This document shows, one piece after another, positions 47,793-58,029 of a DNA stretch of 64,000 nucleotides; the stretch's first letter is position 1, and every line of letters begins with the position of its first letter. The notes under the pieces were generated by a model. The model saw only the letters and a program-made list of their open reading frames with translations, did no database searches and had not been told where the DNA came from. Location: IMG/VR virus record IMGVR_UViG_2859725622_000004, positions 1 through 64,000 of that record, one strand, 5' to 3'. A program made the translations under genes and the position numbers. The DNA comes from a virus (taxonomy: Duplodnaviria > Caudoviricetes).

Positions 47793-50700
47793 CCGTTAGC
47801 TCTCCTTGACGCCGTGGTGTTTCTGGTGATTGATTGGGACATTGGGCCACCTTCTTCAAGGTCAGAAATGAACGCGGTAACGGTGAGATTGTTTCCGCTC
47901 ATTGATGACTGGGCATCGAATGATTTTCTACCTGTGGATTGGTCGATAAACTGAATGGAAACGTTAGGAGCAGAACCGCTACCTTGCATATCCTTGTTGC
48001 TTATTACCTTGCCATTGTCGCCTGGGATCATGTACTGCTTGCCGGTACCCGCTTGGTAAATCTCAGGCATACCTCCCTCACCGACTTGGTACATGCTGCC
48101 AGCGCTAACCGGTCCACCATTCTTCCGTTTACCGGATAAACTTCCACTTAACGCCATTGCTGCTACAACAGCACCGATACCGATAGCGGCGGCCCCACCA
48201 AATGACCCTATGGAAGCAACGATAGCTGCTGGAGTCCATGCTGTGGTTGTTGCTGCTGCTGAAGATACACTCGCTGCCGTGGTTGTCGCGGTTCCTGCTA
48301 CGGCCGCTGCAGTTGTCGTGGCTGTGGCTGCAACTTGAGCTGTAGATCCAGTAATTGCAGACTTAACCCACTCAATGCCCATCTGAACAAAACCATTAAT
48401 CAGGCTATTAAGGGCATTGCTAGCAAGAGAACTCATTGCCTCCTCTGCCGTCATGCTTTGGGTAATGATTCCAGTAAACGCATTTGACGCATTACCAGCC
48501 AGCGAATCAAATGCTGCTGCCAGAGACTCATTTCCTACGCTTTGATTACGGAATATTTCCCATTGGGCCGCTATCCTTGCCTGCTCGTACTGGGTATTCG
48601 CAGCATTCATTAACGCCAACCCATTAGCTGTTATCACGCCCTTCTGCGTTTCAAACTGTTGGATTAGTGCCAGCTTCTTGGCGTGCTCATTTGCCAACGC
48701 TTGAATAGGATCAATTTTGGCTAAATTCTCCTGCTGAGGCGTTACTACTGATTTAGCATTAGCTTCTGCTATCTTGCTAGCGTATTCGCCAGCAATCTGT
48801 AGCCTCCTCTGCTTGTAGGTATCCTCATCTATCAGTTTGAGGTCTAACTGGCGTTTGGCCTGCGCTAAGTCCTCATCGCGAATTCTAGTAAGGTTAGTGT
48901 TGGTTTCTTGTGCAAGAGCGGCACTCCTGTCCTTCTTCTGCCGCTCTATTTCAAAGATTTGTCCTGCTTGTTTTCTTGCTGCCTCAACTTGTTTCGGTGA
49001 TGCGCTAGCACCCAACTCTTGCACTGCTGCTAACTGAGCCGCTTCCTTTCTTAACCCCTTAGCCTGCAATTCAGCAACTGCCATTTCATTGCTTAAATCC
49101 TGCAATGATTTAACACGGCGCTTCTCTGCTGCTTCGGCGGCGGTTTCTTCCTTAGCTGCTGCGGCAGTTTCTTTCTTGGTATTCTTTTTTGCTTCGCCTA
49201 AATTGTATTCTTCAACCGCTAAATCTTGTGTTCTTTTAATGGCCCTGTCGTCAGTGACTCCAGCGTCTTCAGCAGCGTATTGAGCCTGAAGCTTTGCCCT
49301 TTCAGTGCCCTCTGCTTTCGCTAATGCAACGCGACGCTCCGCCGCCTTAATTAGCTTTTGCGAGTCATCACTAAGAGGCTTCGTTAGTGATACGGCTTTG
49401 TTATATCCAGTTACTGCATCTGTTGAGACGCCAAAAGCGCTGGCAACTTTATTTTGTATTCCAGCAAGAACGCCACCTTTTTCTATTGCCACGTCAGTCG
49501 CAGTAGCATTGTTCCGCATCGTTGTGACGTACTGCTCGGTAATGATCGATAGGTTTGATTGAGTTGAGGTCAATTTATTTTGTGCGCTCTCATACTCTGC
49601 CGACTTTTTGGCGACCTCATCCGTAAGTTCTCTGGCCTTGGCCTGTGCATTGCTATATGCCCAAGATCCTGCTGTGGAGTTCTCCATGGCTGAATTAGCG
49701 TTATATAGCTGGTTTTTTAACTCGGCCAGTTCCAATGAAAGCTTGGAGGCATTCTCTGTTTGGGCGGTTAATGATTGGTTAGTTTCAGCAATAGTGGCGC
49801 GTAATTGTACGGCGCTCATTTCTTTCATTTTGCCAATAACACCATCCAGGGAATCAGCGAACTTAATTGATTCTTCTCTGGCTTGAACTGACGACTGATA
49901 GAAATAAAATATTGCAGCGGCTGCCAAGGTAGCTAATCCTACCGGCCCACCTACCAGAGCCAGCGCTCCACTGGCAACCTTTGCGGCAACTGCTAGAGCG
50001 CCTTGCGCGGATGCTGCTGCATAGGCGGTAGCCGCCAACCTGACTTGTGATGATGTCGCCAGAACTAGTGCAGATACATATCTGGAACCCACTACAGCAG
50101 CAACAACACCGATAATATTGGCAATTGTCCCAAGGTTCTCGCTGAGAGCGATCACACCCTGGTTGAAAATATTTAGAGCAGTATTAACCGATGATGACTC
50201 ACCGATAAACTTGGTGATGTTATTAGAGGCAACTGTAAATGCCTGACCCATAGTGAGAACGGTATTTCCGAACTCTTTGGCAATCGCATCGCTTTGTTTC
50301 AGCAACCCATTAACAACAACATCGGTTGTTAACTTACCTTCAGCCGCCATCGCTCGGAGCTGGCCAACTGTAACACCGAGAGAATCAGCCAGAGCCACAG
50401 CCAACCGGCTGCCGTTCTCTGAAATGGAATTGAACTCTTCCCCACGTAGTACGCCAGAGGCTAATGCTTGCGAGAGCTGGATCATGGTCGAGCTAGCTTC
50501 TTCTGCTGTTGCGCCAGAAACTACCAGCCCTTTGTTAATCGTGGTTGTTAATTTGGCTAGGTCTGCCGTACTGGTTCCCGCACTTCTCGTGGCCCTTTCC
50601 AGTCGCCCGTATAGTGTGGCGGTTGCCTCAAGACCGGCGCGTGTATCCTGAGAAATATCAAATACACGATTGGTTACGGTGAATAAATCTTCATTAGCCC

Positions 50701-50971
50701 TTACTGCGTTTACCAGCTTGTTGCTGACAGTAACCCACGCATTACCATATGCAGCTATTTGCTGAACAGAAATAGCCGCTGATAGTGCGGTAGCAACACG
50801 GCTTAATGAAAGAAATGATTTCTCCGCCCGGTCTACAGATTTTGCTGTTGAATTGAACTTCCCCTCCATCTGATCAAGGCGGTTATTCACTTGCTGCTGG
50901 GAAGTGATCAGCTTGCCGACTTCCATCTCAACCTGATAAACGATATTGCCGACCTGATTGTCGCTAGCCAT
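47789..50971 (-). CDS. Tape measure protein
   Basis: Ala-rich; QLSQALASGVLRGEEFNSI tape-measure motif; GGPVSAG...VGEGG.PE C-terminus. Confidence 0.95.
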   Translation of the reverse strand: MASDNQVGNIVYQVEMEVGKLITSQQQVNNRLDQMEGKFNSTAKSVDRAEKSFLSLSRVATALSAAISVQQIAAYGNAWVTVSNKLVNAVRANEDLFTVTNRVFDISQDTRAGLEATATLYGRLERATRSAGTSTADLAKLTTTINKGLVVSGATAEEASSTMIQLSQALASGVLRGEEFNSISENGSRLAVALADSLGVTVGQLRAMAAEGKLTTDVVVNGLLKQSDAIAKEFGNTVLTMGQAFTVASNNITKFIGESSSVNTALNIFNQGVIALSENLGTIANIIGVVAAVVGSRYVSALVLATSSQVRLAATAYAAASAQGALAVAAKVASGALALVGGPVGLATLAAAAIFYFYQSSVQAREESIKFADSLDGVIGKMKEMSAVQLRATIAETNQSLTAQTENASKLSLELAELKNQLYNANSAMENSTAGSWAYSNAQAKARELTDEVAKKSAEYESAQNKLTSTQSNLSIITEQYVTTMRNNATATDVAIEKGGVLAGIQNKVASAFGVSTDAVTGYNKAVSLTKPLSDDSQKLIKAAERRVALAKAEGTERAKLQAQYAAEDAGVTDDRAIKRTQDLAVEEYNLGEAKKNTKKETAAAAKEETAAEAAEKRRVKSLQDLSNEMAVAELQAKGLRKEAAQLAAVQELGASASPKQVEAARKQAGQIFEIERQKKDRSAALAQETNTNLTRIRDEDLAQAKRQLDLKLIDEDTYKQRRLQIAGEYASKIAEANAKSVVTPQQENLAKIDPIQALANEHAKKLALIQQFETQKGVITANGLALMNAANTQYEQARIAAQWEIFRNQSVGNESLAAAFDSLAGNASNAFTGIITQSMTAEEAMSSLASNALNSLINGFVQMGIEWVKSAITGSTAQVAATATTTAAAVAGTATTTAASVSSAAATTTAWTPAAIVASIGSFGGAAAIGIGAVVAAMALSGSLSGKRKNGGPVSAGSMYQVGEGGMPEIYQAGTGKQYMIPGDNGKVISNKDMQGSGSAPNVSIQFIDQSTGRKSFDAQSSMSGNNLTVTAFISDLEEGGPMSQSITRNTTASRRANG

Positions 50972-51082
50972 TCTATTCTCCGGGCAATAAAAAACCCGCA
51001 CTAGGCGGGGTCTGGTTATAGGGTGAGATTTAGGTAATAAAAAACCCCGCATTAGCGAGGATTATTGGATGGTTAATTAGAA

Positions 51083-51442
51083 CTATAACTTTAGGCTTCT
51101 AGATTGAAATGAAATAAATGTTTTTGAATCTGTGGTTGCCATGAATTTTCTTTCACCAGACAACTCAGCAATAAATGTAACATCTTTTTTATTACCACCA
51201 AGCAAAACTCCTGCAATTAATCCTACAGGTCCCATTAACACCCCACCAATAACACCCCATCCCATAGCACCACCGACTTTCTTGACGCTATCCTCTGAGG
51301 CGACTTCAACAGTAATTACGTCTGTAGGAAGTACAATGTCTCCAGACACCTGGTACCATTTCGTTTTTATAAAAAGACTTCCTGACGTAATGCTCATTTC
51401 CTCATAGGGAAAGTTGGCAGCATGAACCTTAATTTTTGCCAT
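51083..51442 (-). CDS. Moron protein with glycine-zipper hydrophobic hairpin
   Basis: GGAMGWGVIGGVLMGPVGLIAGVLLGG; AT-richer; followed by two terminator-like hairpins (50988-51060). Confidence 0.7.
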   Translation of the reverse strand: MAKIKVHAANFPYEEMSITSGSLFIKTKWYQVSGDIVLPTDVITVEVASEDSVKKVGGAMGWGVIGGVLMGPVGLIAGVLLGGNKKDVTFIAELSGERKFMATTDSKTFISFQSRSLKL

Positions 51443-51520
51443 TTTTTGCGCTCTATCCATAACGGTTCGTTACATGATAGCAGGGAGATGGTGCAAGGCA
51501 ACGCAAAACGGTGGGATATA

Positions 51521-52201
51521 TTATGCTGCTTTCTTGGCTTTTTCTGCGGCTATTCTTTCTTCTCGCCGCTTAAAGTAATCATCGCGAACAGTGTCGTATT
51601 CTTCCCGTGTAAATCCTTTCTGATCTGGGTATTTGGCGTTAAGCATTAACTGAAACTCAGTCATTGTTAACAGCTCTGCCTCTGCTCGACTTATTCCAAA
51701 ATGAATCCTTGCTGAGTTGATGTATTCAATAGCCCGGAACTCGTTAACGTAACTATTAGTTTCAGCTCGTTGAGGCTTTCTTATTTTTGCCTTACCCATC
51801 ACGCCATGCTCAATTAGCGTGTGGGCTATCAGAATTATTTCACCGGTAGACATGCTTCCGCGATGATATATCACACCTTTTTTACCCACTCTCCACTCAC
51901 CGATTAACGGGGTGACATCTTCATCACAACATGACTGCATCACGTGCATAGCAGTGGATAAAATCTTTCTTCCATAGGCTGGCTTGCGCAGTGTTTTAAT
52001 GAGCCATTCGGGTGTTTTCCCATAGCTATCCTGCGCCATGGCTATCACTTGAGAGACCTCATAGCCGTTTAGATTGGCATAGGCCTCAACAATATCTACA
52101 GGGCTTCCAATGCGAGACATGGACGTGAAAGATGGACGAAAAAAGTAATCGGTATATCTGTCGGAGATTAATATCTCTCCTATCTCTACCATTGGGTTCA
52201 T
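51521..52201 (-). CDS. Tail assembly chaperone (DUF6246-like)
   Basis: YFFRPSF..MSRIGSP.DIV; ARIHFGISRAEAELLTMTEF. Confidence 0.7.
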   Translation of the reverse strand: MNPMVEIGEILISDRYTDYFFRPSFTSMSRIGSPVDIVEAYANLNGYEVSQVIAMAQDSYGKTPEWLIKTLRKPAYGRKILSTAMHVMQSCCDEDVTPLIGEWRVGKKGVIYHRGSMSTGEIILIAHTLIEHGVMGKAKIRKPQRAETNSYVNEFRAIEYINSARIHFGISRAEAELLTMTEFQLMLNAKYPDQKGFTREEYDTVRDDYFKRREERIAAEKAKKAA

Positions 52202-52253
52202 AGGATTCTCCATAGTCATTATCAAGGGCGACACTCGCCGCCCTTTGGAATAA

Positions 52254-52997
52254 CTACGCGGTAACAGTAGCCGTATGGGTTGCGACGAAGTTGCCATCTT
52301 CGGTAGAAATGACGATTTGGGCGGATCCGGTAGCAACGCGGGTAACTGTCACAACATTACCGACTGCCGCCGCCGTTGCCTTGGTTGCATCAGTTGTTGC
52401 CACATCGAATGCTTTATTAGTCGCGCCAGAAGGCAGCACTGTGACAGTAAAGGTGCTAGAACCACCTGCCGCACCAGTGCTTGTAGTTGGGGTTAACGTC
52501 ACGCCAGTAACCGGTACAGTGTCAATAAGCGTAACTTCTACAGTATCACCATCGGAAACCTTGAACTCAGTTGAGAAAGTTACAATATCGTTAGTGCCGC
52601 CATCAGTGCTCAGGGCGGTAGTAACCATATAACCAACAAATTCAATCGGCCCAATAACAACACGCACCCATAAAGTAGGCTGGCGCTTTGCATTCACTTC
52701 ATCGACAAAATATTTAAAGAATTTGCCAAAGCCGAATTGGTCGAGAGAGTCTTTCTTTCTGACCTCCCCCTCAAAAGAGATAGTGATATCAGCGTTGGTC
52801 ACCGCACTTTCAACCCAAGCGCCCTTATCATCTGCGTCAGAGGTTACCGTGTTCGGCGATAAGTCAGCAGTCTTAGACGTGCCGGCCGCAAGCGCTTTCC
52901 AGTCCTGTTCGGTCGGTACGGTGTCAGCACACCCTAGCGCAACTTCGAGAACGACGTTTTTACCGACCAGTAAGCCGGAATCGTTACATCCTTCCAT
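52254..52997 (-). CDS. Major tail protein with C-terminal Ig-like (Big-2) domain
   Basis: VPVTGVTLTP...TVLPSGATNK...TEDGNF Ig motif. Confidence 0.9.
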   Translation of the reverse strand: MEGCNDSGLLVGKNVVLEVALGCADTVPTEQDWKALAAGTSKTADLSPNTVTSDADDKGAWVESAVTNADITISFEGEVRKKDSLDQFGFGKFFKYFVDEVNAKRQPTLWVRVVIGPIEFVGYMVTTALSTDGGTNDIVTFSTEFKVSDGDTVEVTLIDTVPVTGVTLTPTTSTGAAGGSSTFTVTVLPSGATNKAFDVATTDATKATAAAVGNVVTVTRVATGSAQIVISTEDGNFVATHTATVTA

Positions 52998-53053
52998 TGT
53001 ATAGCCTCTTATGGAATTGAAATAAAAAACGGCCCAGAGGCCGCCAGGGAAAA

Positions 53054-53428
53054 TCAGGATATGATTTCGAAGCGAAGCCGGATAATAGTTCGGCCCTCTT
53101 CGGTGGGGATTGGAGTTGGGAATCCGCCAGTGTTGGCAATAAAGTTGAGCGCATCGTCATCGGAGTTATTAGTGACGAACTCCATAATTGTCTGCGCCTG
53201 GGTGATCGCCGGTGCCGGGTCATTCTTAGCGCTGATAATGTTAACCAGCACATAATCGTAAGCACCTAAGCATCGATACCGCGCTGTGCCTCCATCTGGT
53301 TGCACAACTATGTATTTCATTGCGCCAGTGTCAGTTTTCTGCTCTTCCCAGTATGCAAGCTGCACCTTATAACCATCAGTCAACCCGGCTGACTCCAGCC
53401 AATCAGATACCTTTTCAAATATCGTCAT
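53054..53428 (-). CDS. Tail terminator-like protein
   Basis: Synteny. Confidence 0.6.
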   Translation of the reverse strand: MTIFEKVSDWLESAGLTDGYKVQLAYWEEQKTDTGAMKYIVVQPDGGTARYRCLGAYDYVLVNIISAKNDPAPAITQAQTIMEFVTNNSDDDALNFIANTGGFPTPIPTEEGRTIIRLRFEIIS

Positions 53429-53796
53429 AGGGACATTTCCTTTTTGACTGCGGCGTCAATTTGTTCTTTGGACTCACGAAATCCATCTTTCAAGAATTCC
53501 TTTTTTGCAGTAGAGCGACGGAAAACTTGCTTTACAGTAGGGTCATGCACATACATGGCATAATTTGCCGAGTAACCCACCCGTCCAGTTAATCGAGTGC
53601 CTTTCACAATTAATTCTCGAAATTGGCTATTGATGAGCGTTGAGGTATCAATCGGGGTATAAAGCGCAGCCAGGGAACTGCCAATTATCATTGCTGACTG
53701 GATAGCCCTAGTTGCTTTTCGCCCCTTAATCTCGCCAACCAATACAGCAAGCTGTCTTTGTGACTCACGAATGCCAGTTACCTTGACCTTTGCCAT
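53425..53796 (-). CDS. HK97 gp10-like neck protein
   Basis: TPIDTSTLINSQF...GYSANYAMYVH. Confidence 0.8.
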   Translation of the reverse strand: MAKVKVTGIRESQRQLAVLVGEIKGRKATRAIQSAMIIGSSLAALYTPIDTSTLINSQFRELIVKGTRLTGRVGYSANYAMYVHDPTVKQVFRRSTAKKEFLKDGFRESKEQIDAAVKKEMSL

Positions 53797-53797
53797 A

Positions 53798-54139
53798 TCA
53801 AACCCCGGTAGCCAATTCGTAATCGTCAATCAGGCGTTCGAAAGTGTCAGCATCTCTGCCAACGGCAATAATTGAGTCAGCATCTGCGATAGGGGCTAAA
53901 TCTGCATAAGCACCGATGGCTATCATGTCGCCCTCTTTCGCATCTGCATACTCAGTCCAGAAGTACAACTTGACGGAGATTTCGTTGCCTATCACGTTAG
54001 ATTTACGTTTACTTCGGCTGCCATAGTCACAATCAATAACAACCGGTGCGCCATAGGTAGGCTTGTTCCACTTATCCGTCCCAGTAATGGGCCAAACAGT
54101 GGCTTCAGCTGTGTATGACCATGAGGCTAGTGATGACAT
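53798..54139 (-). CDS. Head closure protein
   Basis: Synteny; SLASWSYT motif. Confidence 0.65.
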   Translation of the reverse strand: MSSLASWSYTAEATVWPITGTDKWNKPTYGAPVVIDCDYGSRSKRKSNVIGNEISVKLYFWTEYADAKEGDMIAIGAYADLAPIADADSIIAVGRDADTFERLIDDYELATGV

Positions 54140-54148
54140 AGCTACCTC

Positions 54149-54367
54149 CTACGGCGCGGCTACTCGCTCAATCTCAAACCATTCAATATTGAGCGCGTTT
54201 ACTTGCTGTCCATTGCCGACAGGAACAAACAGCCCAACGGTATCGCCTGATTCAAGTTTCAGGTAACGTTCAATGACAAGCGCGGCAACAACCTTTTTAT
54301 TAAACACGCGAACTTCGCCATCGACTCTGTACACAACATTCACATTTAGCGCGGTTATTCTTTCCAT
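54149..54367 (-). CDS. Small hypothetical protein
   Basis: ORF between adaptor and closure genes. Confidence 0.5.
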   Translation of the reverse strand: MERITALNVNVVYRVDGEVRVFNKKVVAALVIERYLKLESGDTVGLFVPVGNGQQVNALNIEWFEIERVAAP

Positions 54368-54372
54368 CACAC

Positions 54373-54543
54373 TTACCCTCTCCACTTCACGATTGTGGGC
54401 TTCTCCGCCGCAATCTTCCGGCAAAATAGAAACCACTCGCCGCCTTTCCTGATGTAAGCCGTAGTCTGTTTGCCGCTATCGGTTAGCACCCAAACGCGAA
54501 TAAGTGGCTTCGGCAATCGGTCAGTGACAGATATCCAACCCAT
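54373..54543 (-). CDS. DUF551-like small protein, 56 aa
   Basis: MGWISVTDRLPKP...VWV...W...KWR, translated by hand; ATG overlaps adaptor stop. Confidence 0.6.
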   Translation of the reverse strand: MGWISVTDRLPKPLIRVWVLTDSGKQTTAYIRKGGEWFLFCRKIAAEKPTIVKWRG

Positions 54544-54941
54544 TACTTACTCCCGCACATGCAGCCGCCCTTGCCAATCCAAACCCCAGCAAACGCTGTA
54601 TTGTTTGGGTTAGGTGGCGTTATGGCAGCGGCGCAACCATGCTTATCAAGGCCTCTTAGTAATGAGAGAGAGCCATTCCACCGGTCAGCGAATGATTGAT
54701 ATCGAAACGAGCGCGACGCACCAGACGGGGCTGTTTGAGAGCTGATGTATTTATCGCCCTGCCCCAGCCCCATCAATCCGAGCAGGTAGAGCTGAATAAG
54801 TAGCGCTGTTGATGCTGGGTAATGTTCATCCAGGCATTCCTGAATGCTATTAACCTGCTCAATAAGCGCCTGTAAAATGAAGTCTGGAAGAGTGATACCA
54901 ACCGTCTCCAGATACTGTTTGGCCTGCTCGAGGGTCACCAT
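54543..54941 (-). CDS. Head-tail adaptor
   Basis: Synteny; ISSQTAPSGASRSF motif. Confidence 0.7.
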   Translation of the reverse strand: MVTLEQAKQYLETVGITLPDFILQALIEQVNSIQECLDEHYPASTALLIQLYLLGLMGLGQGDKYISSQTAPSGASRSFRYQSFADRWNGSLSLLRGLDKHGCAAAITPPNPNNTAFAGVWIGKGGCMCGSK

Positions 54942-55004
54942 GACTCACTCCAGAATAAAAACCCTCCGAAGAGGGCATTAAAAAAGCCGCTCAAATATGG
55001 CGGC

Positions 55005-55190
55005 TTATTCGTCTTCTTTTTTCTGCTTGCCTGGTTTGGGTGATTTGGCCCCTGGCGTTGCTGGTGATAACTCACCTTCACCGCCGACCTTTCTAACGTG
55101 ACTCTGCAATGCAGGGTGCAAGCTATCCAAATCAATTACATCACCAACAACGACCCCATTCCACGCTCTAACTACTTCGTACTTTGGCAT
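55005..55190 (-). CDS. Small head accessory protein
   Basis: MPKYEVVRAWNGV...; directly after capsid gene. Confidence 0.55.
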   Translation of the reverse strand: MPKYEVVRAWNGVVVGDVIDLDSLHPALQSHVRKVGGEGELSPATPGAKSPKPGKQKKEDE

Positions 55191-55200
55191 GAGCCACCTC

Positions 55201-56298
55201 TTAAGCCAGATTAGCGCCGTAAAGCACGCCTGACTTGCCCTCACTATCTCGCTTAATCTGCAAGCCCATCGCTGCCATGATCTGGAAGTTCCAGTTTGAC
55301 TGCGGCATAGGACGCGGCAGAGGAACAACGCCAGTAGCCATACCAACCAGCGGCGAAATGACATCCTGACGGCGCTGGTAAGCAATAAACTCATTGCCTG
55401 ACAATGCGAAGGTTTGACGAACTGCACGCGCCGGAATGAAACCAGTGATAACGCTTAGAACAGTACCACCTGACAGCAGAGTGTTGCCGCCGATGGTTAC
55501 CGTTGCAGGCTTCATCAAGTTGGCCCAAATCTGCGGAGATACCCACAGGACGTCGTAGGCTTCAACGAAGTTATTGCGCGCGGTTTGACCGAATGCTCCA
55601 GACGTGAAGAACGCAGCAATATCAGCTTGTGCAGCAGTGGTCAGGTCAATGTTTGCACCGCCAGCTCCTGCGCCAAGGTTCAGCTTAATGGTGTTGCGGT
55701 GGTTGCGCATACCCTGCGCCGGATAGTTCTGCACCTGAATAGTGCTATCACCGTCCAGAACATAGGAGACGATACGTTTATTAAACTTGCGCAGTTTTGC
55801 CGCTTGAGAATCGAGGACCAAATCGATACCAACGGTATTTAGCCCAGCAGCCAAACGCCAGTTAACACCGTAACCAGCAGTGAACACCGGGATCGGGTCA
55901 CCATCACTGGAATATTCAGTGTGATCGAATGAATATGGCGGCTGCCCATCCAGGCTGATAGATACATCATCAGCGATATCACCAACCATGTTGTACAGTT
56001 TCGCGGTTTTCCCAATAGGGAGAACGGTCTGGATCCCCATCAGATCAGTGACAATTTCCATACCGGTTTCTTGGTCGCGCAACTGAATAATTTGACGGTC
56101 AATTTCAGCCCAGAAATCACGGCCCAAACCATCACCAAGCAGTGCGTTTGCAGCCAGCATTTCTGGCGTCATTAAGCTCTGGTTAGCGGCAACCATGCCA
56201 CGGTGTTGCGCATCGAACATATTGCGGTTAGCCCACAATTCATTCCAGTGACCGCGCAGTCGGCTATTCGTAGCCAGCGTATTAGCATCAAAATACAT
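55201..56298 (-). CDS. Major capsid protein
   Basis: Size and position after decoration gene. Confidence 0.85.
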   Translation of the reverse strand: MYFDANTLATNSRLRGHWNELWANRNMFDAQHRGMVAANQSLMTPEMLAANALLGDGLGRDFWAEIDRQIIQLRDQETGMEIVTDLMGIQTVLPIGKTAKLYNMVGDIADDVSISLDGQPPYSFDHTEYSSDGDPIPVFTAGYGVNWRLAAGLNTVGIDLVLDSQAAKLRKFNKRIVSYVLDGDSTIQVQNYPAQGMRNHRNTIKLNLGAGAGGANIDLTTAAQADIAAFFTSGAFGQTARNNFVEAYDVLWVSPQIWANLMKPATVTIGGNTLLSGGTVLSVITGFIPARAVRQTFALSGNEFIAYQRRQDVISPLVGMATGVVPLPRPMPQSNWNFQIMAAMGLQIKRDSEGKSGVLYGANLA

Positions 56299-56308
56299 CT
56301 GATTCTCC

Positions 56309-56749
56309 TTAGGATACAGTTACGCTGTCAGCGCGAACGCGGATGCGGATAAAATCAACTGCCGCAGTAACTACGGCATCTTGGCAATAGCCAATAATTT
56401 TGTATGTGCCAGCAGCGGCGGGGACAGCAGCAGCCAATCCTGCAACAACGGTGATCGGCTGGTCTTTGGTGTAAGTTCCTGCCGCAACACGCACAGCAAA
56501 CTCGCGCCCCTCTTCCAGGTAGTTACCAATTGCGGAGTGGCCGGAAGGGATCTGATCAGTGATGCCCAGACCTTCATGGTATGCATTATCCAGCACGTAC
56601 ATGCGGCCAACAGGAGTAGTAGCCTGTGCAAACAGTTTGCTACCGTTGATCACAACAAAAGTGCCGGGATAAAATGCGGCGGCGGTTTTACGGGTTTCCG
56701 TTTTGAACAGGGAATCACCGTCAATATTAACGCGACGATAACGAGTCAT
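56309..56749 (-). CDS. Head decoration/cement protein
   Basis: Between scaffold and capsid. Confidence 0.65.
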   Translation of the reverse strand: MTRYRRVNIDGDSLFKTETRKTAAAFYPGTFVVINGSKLFAQATTPVGRMYVLDNAYHEGLGITDQIPSGHSAIGNYLEEGREFAVRVAAGTYTKDQPITVVAGLAAAVPAAAGTYKIIGYCQDAVVTAAVDFIRIRVRADSVTVS

Positions 56750-58026
56750 TATTTAGCACCTCCGAAATGGGTTGCTGGATCTGGCGCTCCGGTTTCCACC
56801 TGAGTTTGTGCTGAGTTGGTACCCAGCGGGGCCGCTTTGCCGAGCGACTTAAACATTGCATCCAGAGCTTCGCCAGACAGCGCGTTAGCCACAATTTCAC
56901 CGTGAACTTTTGCTACTTCAGCACGCTTTGTTACTTCTTCTGCGCGTGAGTTAGCGGTCAGTGTGTCTGATAGCGCTTTGTGGTTAGCTTGTAGCGCATC
57001 AACCTTGTCAGAAAGTGGCTTCAATGCCTTTTCTGTATTGGTAGCCACAGCCTCACCAATCATGCTGCCGATTTGTTCCATTTCTTCTTTGGTTAAAGGC
57101 ATGTCGCCCTCCGTATTATTGCTATTGTTTGCAGGTGAATCCTGCGGAGTAAAAAGGGATTTAACTTTGTTTGCGATTATGGAAACCCATGACTCTTGAC
57201 GGGTTACCGCTGTTCCTGTGTCGGAAAAAGTAATTTTCCCACCTTCAGATTTGTAGCCGTAGACTTGTGCGTCGCCGCCGTTCTTGATGATGACTGCCTG
57301 AGAATCTGTGAAGTCAGCAATCCATGCGTAGTCGTTATCTCCAGGTGCAAACCGGTCCTTTGCGGCTTTCTCTAACCGGCGCTCACGTTCACGAAACGAC
57401 TCGCCAATCAGCGCACCAGAATTAGCCTGTAATGGCGTTGCCAGGTCAGCGTTAACCATGAGGCCAACACCTTGCTCTGGAGTTGCGGCCCCGATCTCAT
57501 GAAGCAGGATTGCGTCGTGATCCATGCGAACAATATCCGCCACCCAGTTAGCCCCCAGCGCACGCTGCTGCTCATTCGGCTCAAGTTCATTAAGGAACGC
57601 GGCAACGCTGCTGTGAATTGGCGGGACATCCTCACCTCGTTCGATAGCTTCTACCCGCGCCAGTAATTCGCGACCACCTTCAGATCGGCTGGCGACCTCA
57701 ACATCAACCCATTTCTCTACATAGATGCGGTTGCCTGATTTCTTAACGTTGCGGTTCCATGCACCAATGTGACCCTGGTTAATACCTTCAGCACTGAATG
57801 CTGAGACGAAAGCACCATTAACCTCTGGATGCCCGAGCGGCGCTAATGTCCCCTCAAGCCCAGAATAATGAGCGTCAATCTGTTCTGATGTGTACAGACC
57901 GCCATTCATGACCACATTTGCTGGAAGTGTGTAACTCGGCAAAACCCAGTGCTCTTTGCCGTTGTATTTCTCACGACGAATTGATTTGTTATTCACCCTT
58001 GTGGTGATGTTTACCTGAATTGACAT
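56749..58026 (-). CDS. Prohead protease/scaffold (DUF2213-like)
   Basis: APLGHP, DHDAILL..GA motifs; coiled-coil C-terminus. Confidence 0.75.
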   Translation of the reverse strand: MSIQVNITTRVNNKSIRREKYNGKEHWVLPSYTLPANVVMNGGLYTSEQIDAHYSGLEGTLAPLGHPEVNGAFVSAFSAEGINQGHIGAWNRNVKKSGNRIYVEKWVDVEVASRSEGGRELLARVEAIERGEDVPPIHSSVAAFLNELEPNEQQRALGANWVADIVRMDHDAILLHEIGAATPEQGVGLMVNADLATPLQANSGALIGESFRERERRLEKAAKDRFAPGDNDYAWIADFTDSQAVIIKNGGDAQVYGYKSEGGKITFSDTGTAVTRQESWVSIIANKVKSLFTPQDSPANNSNNTEGDMPLTKEEMEQIGSMIGEAVATNTEKALKPLSDKVDALQANHKALSDTLTANSRAEEVTKRAEVAKVHGEIVANALSGEALDAMFKSLGKAAPLGTNSAQTQVETGAPDPATHFGGAK

Positions 58027-58029
58027 GAT

